DNA of 64,000 bases, from NCBI GenBank assembly GCA_964016885.1, contig OZ024743.1:169322001-169386000 (forward strand), in the 5' to 3' direction. Shown here piece after piece: positions 61,307 to 64,000 of this stretch (positions are counted from its first letter, which is position 1; each line of letters opens with the position of its first letter). Made by a program: the position numbers and the translations under genes. The notes below the pieces were generated by a model. It saw only the letters and a list, made by a program, of their open reading frames with translations, was not told where the DNA came from and made no database searches. Origin of the DNA: Eledone cirrhosa. Taxonomy: Eukaryota.

Positions 61307-62880
61307 CTTTATACCTTCTCTATTCTCTCGACCATATATGGCAAACATCAAAACCTTCACCCATCACCAATGATCAAAGGATAATTGTTCCACATCACAG
61401 CACACAGATTGATAATGTGAAACTCTTTACTCCCATTCCCTCTCTACTATCACACTAATTTACTGTATTTTATTCTATTTTTATTGTCATTTTGATTTAT
61501 TTGTATTTTCTGAAGCGAAAATGCCATTTTTAACTGAACTTCGCATTCCTGAATTCTAGTTACTTCCACAAATAATTATAAGCTTTTTGAAGGAGTGTGA
61601 TAAATAATTAAGTATTGCATATGATTGAACAATATTCATTGTAGTCAGCATATGTAGACAATTAAAATAGATACAGAAACATGTTAAAGAAAATATATTC
61701 CTAATTTCCTTTCTCGCCGATGTTTAAATTTTTCTTGGTGTAATATTTGCTTACAACGAAATGACAAGACAACGAACGGAAATAAAACAAAGCGAAAAAC
61801 GATTTTTTTAAGGGAAACCTTAAAAATTATTTAAAAAAAATAAAAATACAACCCAAAGACATAGAACTTCATGGTCATCGACCGATGAGATGGACTTGTT
61901 CAGTTTCGGCCCCTACCAATGGTACTACGGGTCCATCTGGAGTCACAGCATCTGGCACAAGCCAAACACTGTCCAGTGGAGCAAGAGACGAGAGACAATA
62001 CATTAATTTATAGCCATTAAGCTAGAAAACAAAGAATTTTGTGTGGAATTAGGTAAAATGCCGTCATATTAATAGATAAACTTAAGAAAATTAATAAAGA
62101 ATGGACAAAACAACGAACAGAAATATATATATAGTATATATGATACATATATAACGGCGGCGAAGATTCGAAACCGAATGTGAGCTTTCCCGCCTCTGGG
62201 ACAAGCCGTGGTAACTTGTTTTCGCTCAAGAGACTAACACCTTGGGAGAGGCTAAACACAGGTCAGAGGTGTTTACGCCTGACAGAAAATAGGTCAGATG
62301 TTATATCCATCTTTCTGACTTGTTTACGCTTGGCAAACTAATCCCTTGGGGACTAACCAAAGTTCAGAGGATATATCTATCCTTCTAACTTCAACTCTTA
62401 TAAATACAGGGGTTGTTTACGCCTCGACAGAAAAGAAGTTATATACAGACAAGACAAGTCGCATTTACAAGCTCTCGTCACGAAAAACCAGTCTGCCACT
62501 TATTCTCACCTTCCTGGCTGATCGCTGACTCCTGCAATTCAAATAATTAAATATACTGATACGCACACACGCATTCATAGTGAGTTCAGGCACCATTTCT
62601 GTTTACACATATTGTACCTTTCTGATACAGTACAAATTATATTATAATCGTATTCTGTGATACTTGAATTTACGTGGCTCGAAGAGCCACCAAATTATTG
62701 TATGAATATTTTGTGTTATTGATTTTATCATTCAATATTCAAATTGAATATTGTTATAATAAAATAAACTTTGTAACAACACAAACCTGGTATTTTTCTT
62801 TACATCGAAACCACCATACCAACAGTTACATCCATCCATCCACTTATCGTTACAACCACACATAATATTCCGTTACCCAT

Positions 62881-63130
62881 ACTAGAAAAAGAGCCCATCG
62901 TTGAAGGGCACACCTTTTGCTAGTGTAAATAAAGAGCCCCTCTCTTCTCAGCCTGACCGTCTTTAAATAGCTCAGAACTCTGCTATTTTAGGGGAGAGAA
63001 AGATTTAAACTGTATGTTGACATGCCTCAAGAGCTAAATAACCAATGTATCAAATTTGAACAAAATTGGATAGAAACTGTGTAAAAGTATCGCCTGCATG
63101 CATACAGATAGACATTTTCGTTTGTATATA
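62881..63130 (-). mobile_element. Non-autonomous Helitron-like element
   Basis: ACTAG end with subterminal hairpin GCCC..GGGC; CATAC/AGAT microsatellite near the other end. Confidence 0.55.
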
Positions 63131-63142
63131 TATATATATATA

Positions 63143-63563
63143 TAATTAAAAGTTTAACAAGGTTCAATGAATTCATCAATGAATAAAGTTTCACAATAGA
63201 TTAGAAGCACTCTAGAGTGAGGTTTTCTGGAGTTATTAATATTACTTCAAAATATTAATAAATATAGACATTCATGTGATCAAATATATTTTATTATACA
63301 TATTTCAGAGATACTAAGCTATTTCAACAGTACGTCCTCATCAGATAAACTAAGCTGATGCCTGACATACCTTGACTATGTTGATGGTTATAATTTAGTC
63401 ATGGCAGTCATGACTAAATTATAACTATCAACATAGTCAAGGTATGTCAAGCATCAACTTATTTTATCTGATGAGGACGTACTGTTTAAATAGCTCAGTA
63501 TCTCTGAAATATGTATAACATATATTTGATCACATGAATGTCTATATTTATTAATATTTGAAG

Positions 63564-63569
<6 letters not shown>
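63143..63569. mobile_element. PLE fold-back with an HHR in each arm, 5-bp spacer
   Basis: 63239-63403 mirrors 63409-63569. HHRs at 63290-63349(-) and 63462-63520(+): CTGATGA-GGACGTACTG..GAAATATGTATA. Confidence 0.88.
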
Positions 63570-63597
<28 letters not shown>

Positions 63598-63726
63598 AAA
63601 GTTATATTTAAATTGTTGTGTTACAACTAGTAAATATTTATAACTGATATAAAAGCACTCGACAAATATTTGGAGTATATTTACAATATTAAATAAATGG
63701 AAACTATATTTATAAAACCATATTTA

Positions 63727-63788
63727 TTTCATTATATATATTTCAGGGATAACATATTAACAATATGCTATGCCTTCCTCAGACAAAA
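63727..63788 (-). ncRNA. Type I hammerhead ribozyme in a PLE end (63597-63830)
   Basis: TTTTGT-CTGAGGA-AGGCATAGCATATTG/TAATATGTTATCCCT-GAAA-TATATA-TA-ATGAAA. Confidence 0.82.
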
Positions 63789-64000
63789 TACAATATAAAC
63801 AGTTTTATAGATAAATAGATTCGACATACCGTAACAACATCTACTTGGGAAGGTTGATTTGGTTGTGACAAAATTGTACACAGAGAGAAAGAAAGAGAGA
63901 GAGAGAAAGAGAGAAAAAGATAGAAAAAAGGAAAGAAAGACAGAAAACGAAGAAAAAGAAAAAGAAGAAATGCATGGAACAAAATAGAGAGATGGAAAGA

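Noticed and set aside
58608-61942. Additional hammerhead-like motifs near 58608-58645(-), 58690(+) and 61890-61942(-)
   Set aside because: The GAAA-stem III half is present but the CTGANGA core is mutated or missing, so they are too degenerate to call.
62270-62435. Three GTTTACGC motifs as a regulatory array
   Set aside because: Short, irregularly spaced and with no associated gene.

Overview
AT-rich, microsatellite-saturated animal DNA, almost certainly an octopod cephalopod: it carries two octopus-type tRNA-derived SINE families and the octopus-type GTAAAAGA LINE tail. I see no intact host gene. The window is a nest of transposable elements: Gypsy integrase/LTR, RTE, CR1-group, Tx1/L1 and CRE-clade LINE relics, SINEs, a hAT MITE, Helitron/Helentron-like non-autonomous elements and, dominantly, Penelope-like elements (PLEs), mostly of the Naiad type (RT plus C-terminal GIY-YIG), with about 14 recognisable type-I hammerhead ribozyme (HHR) motifs. 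The most striking pattern is that at least 8 PLE insertions, from 0.1 to 9 kb, are head-to-head fold-back palindromes embedded in (TA)n. One arm keeps a small covarying RCTC-N-GAGY-DCT hairpin about 25-65 nt downstream of the HHR, while the other arm stops roughly 4-20 nt before it. Some fold-backs pivot exactly on a hairpin, including HHR stem II. Much of the apparent microsatellite junk is the multi-kb 3' region of the PLEs themselves. All coordinates were read by eye and are approximate to a few bases.
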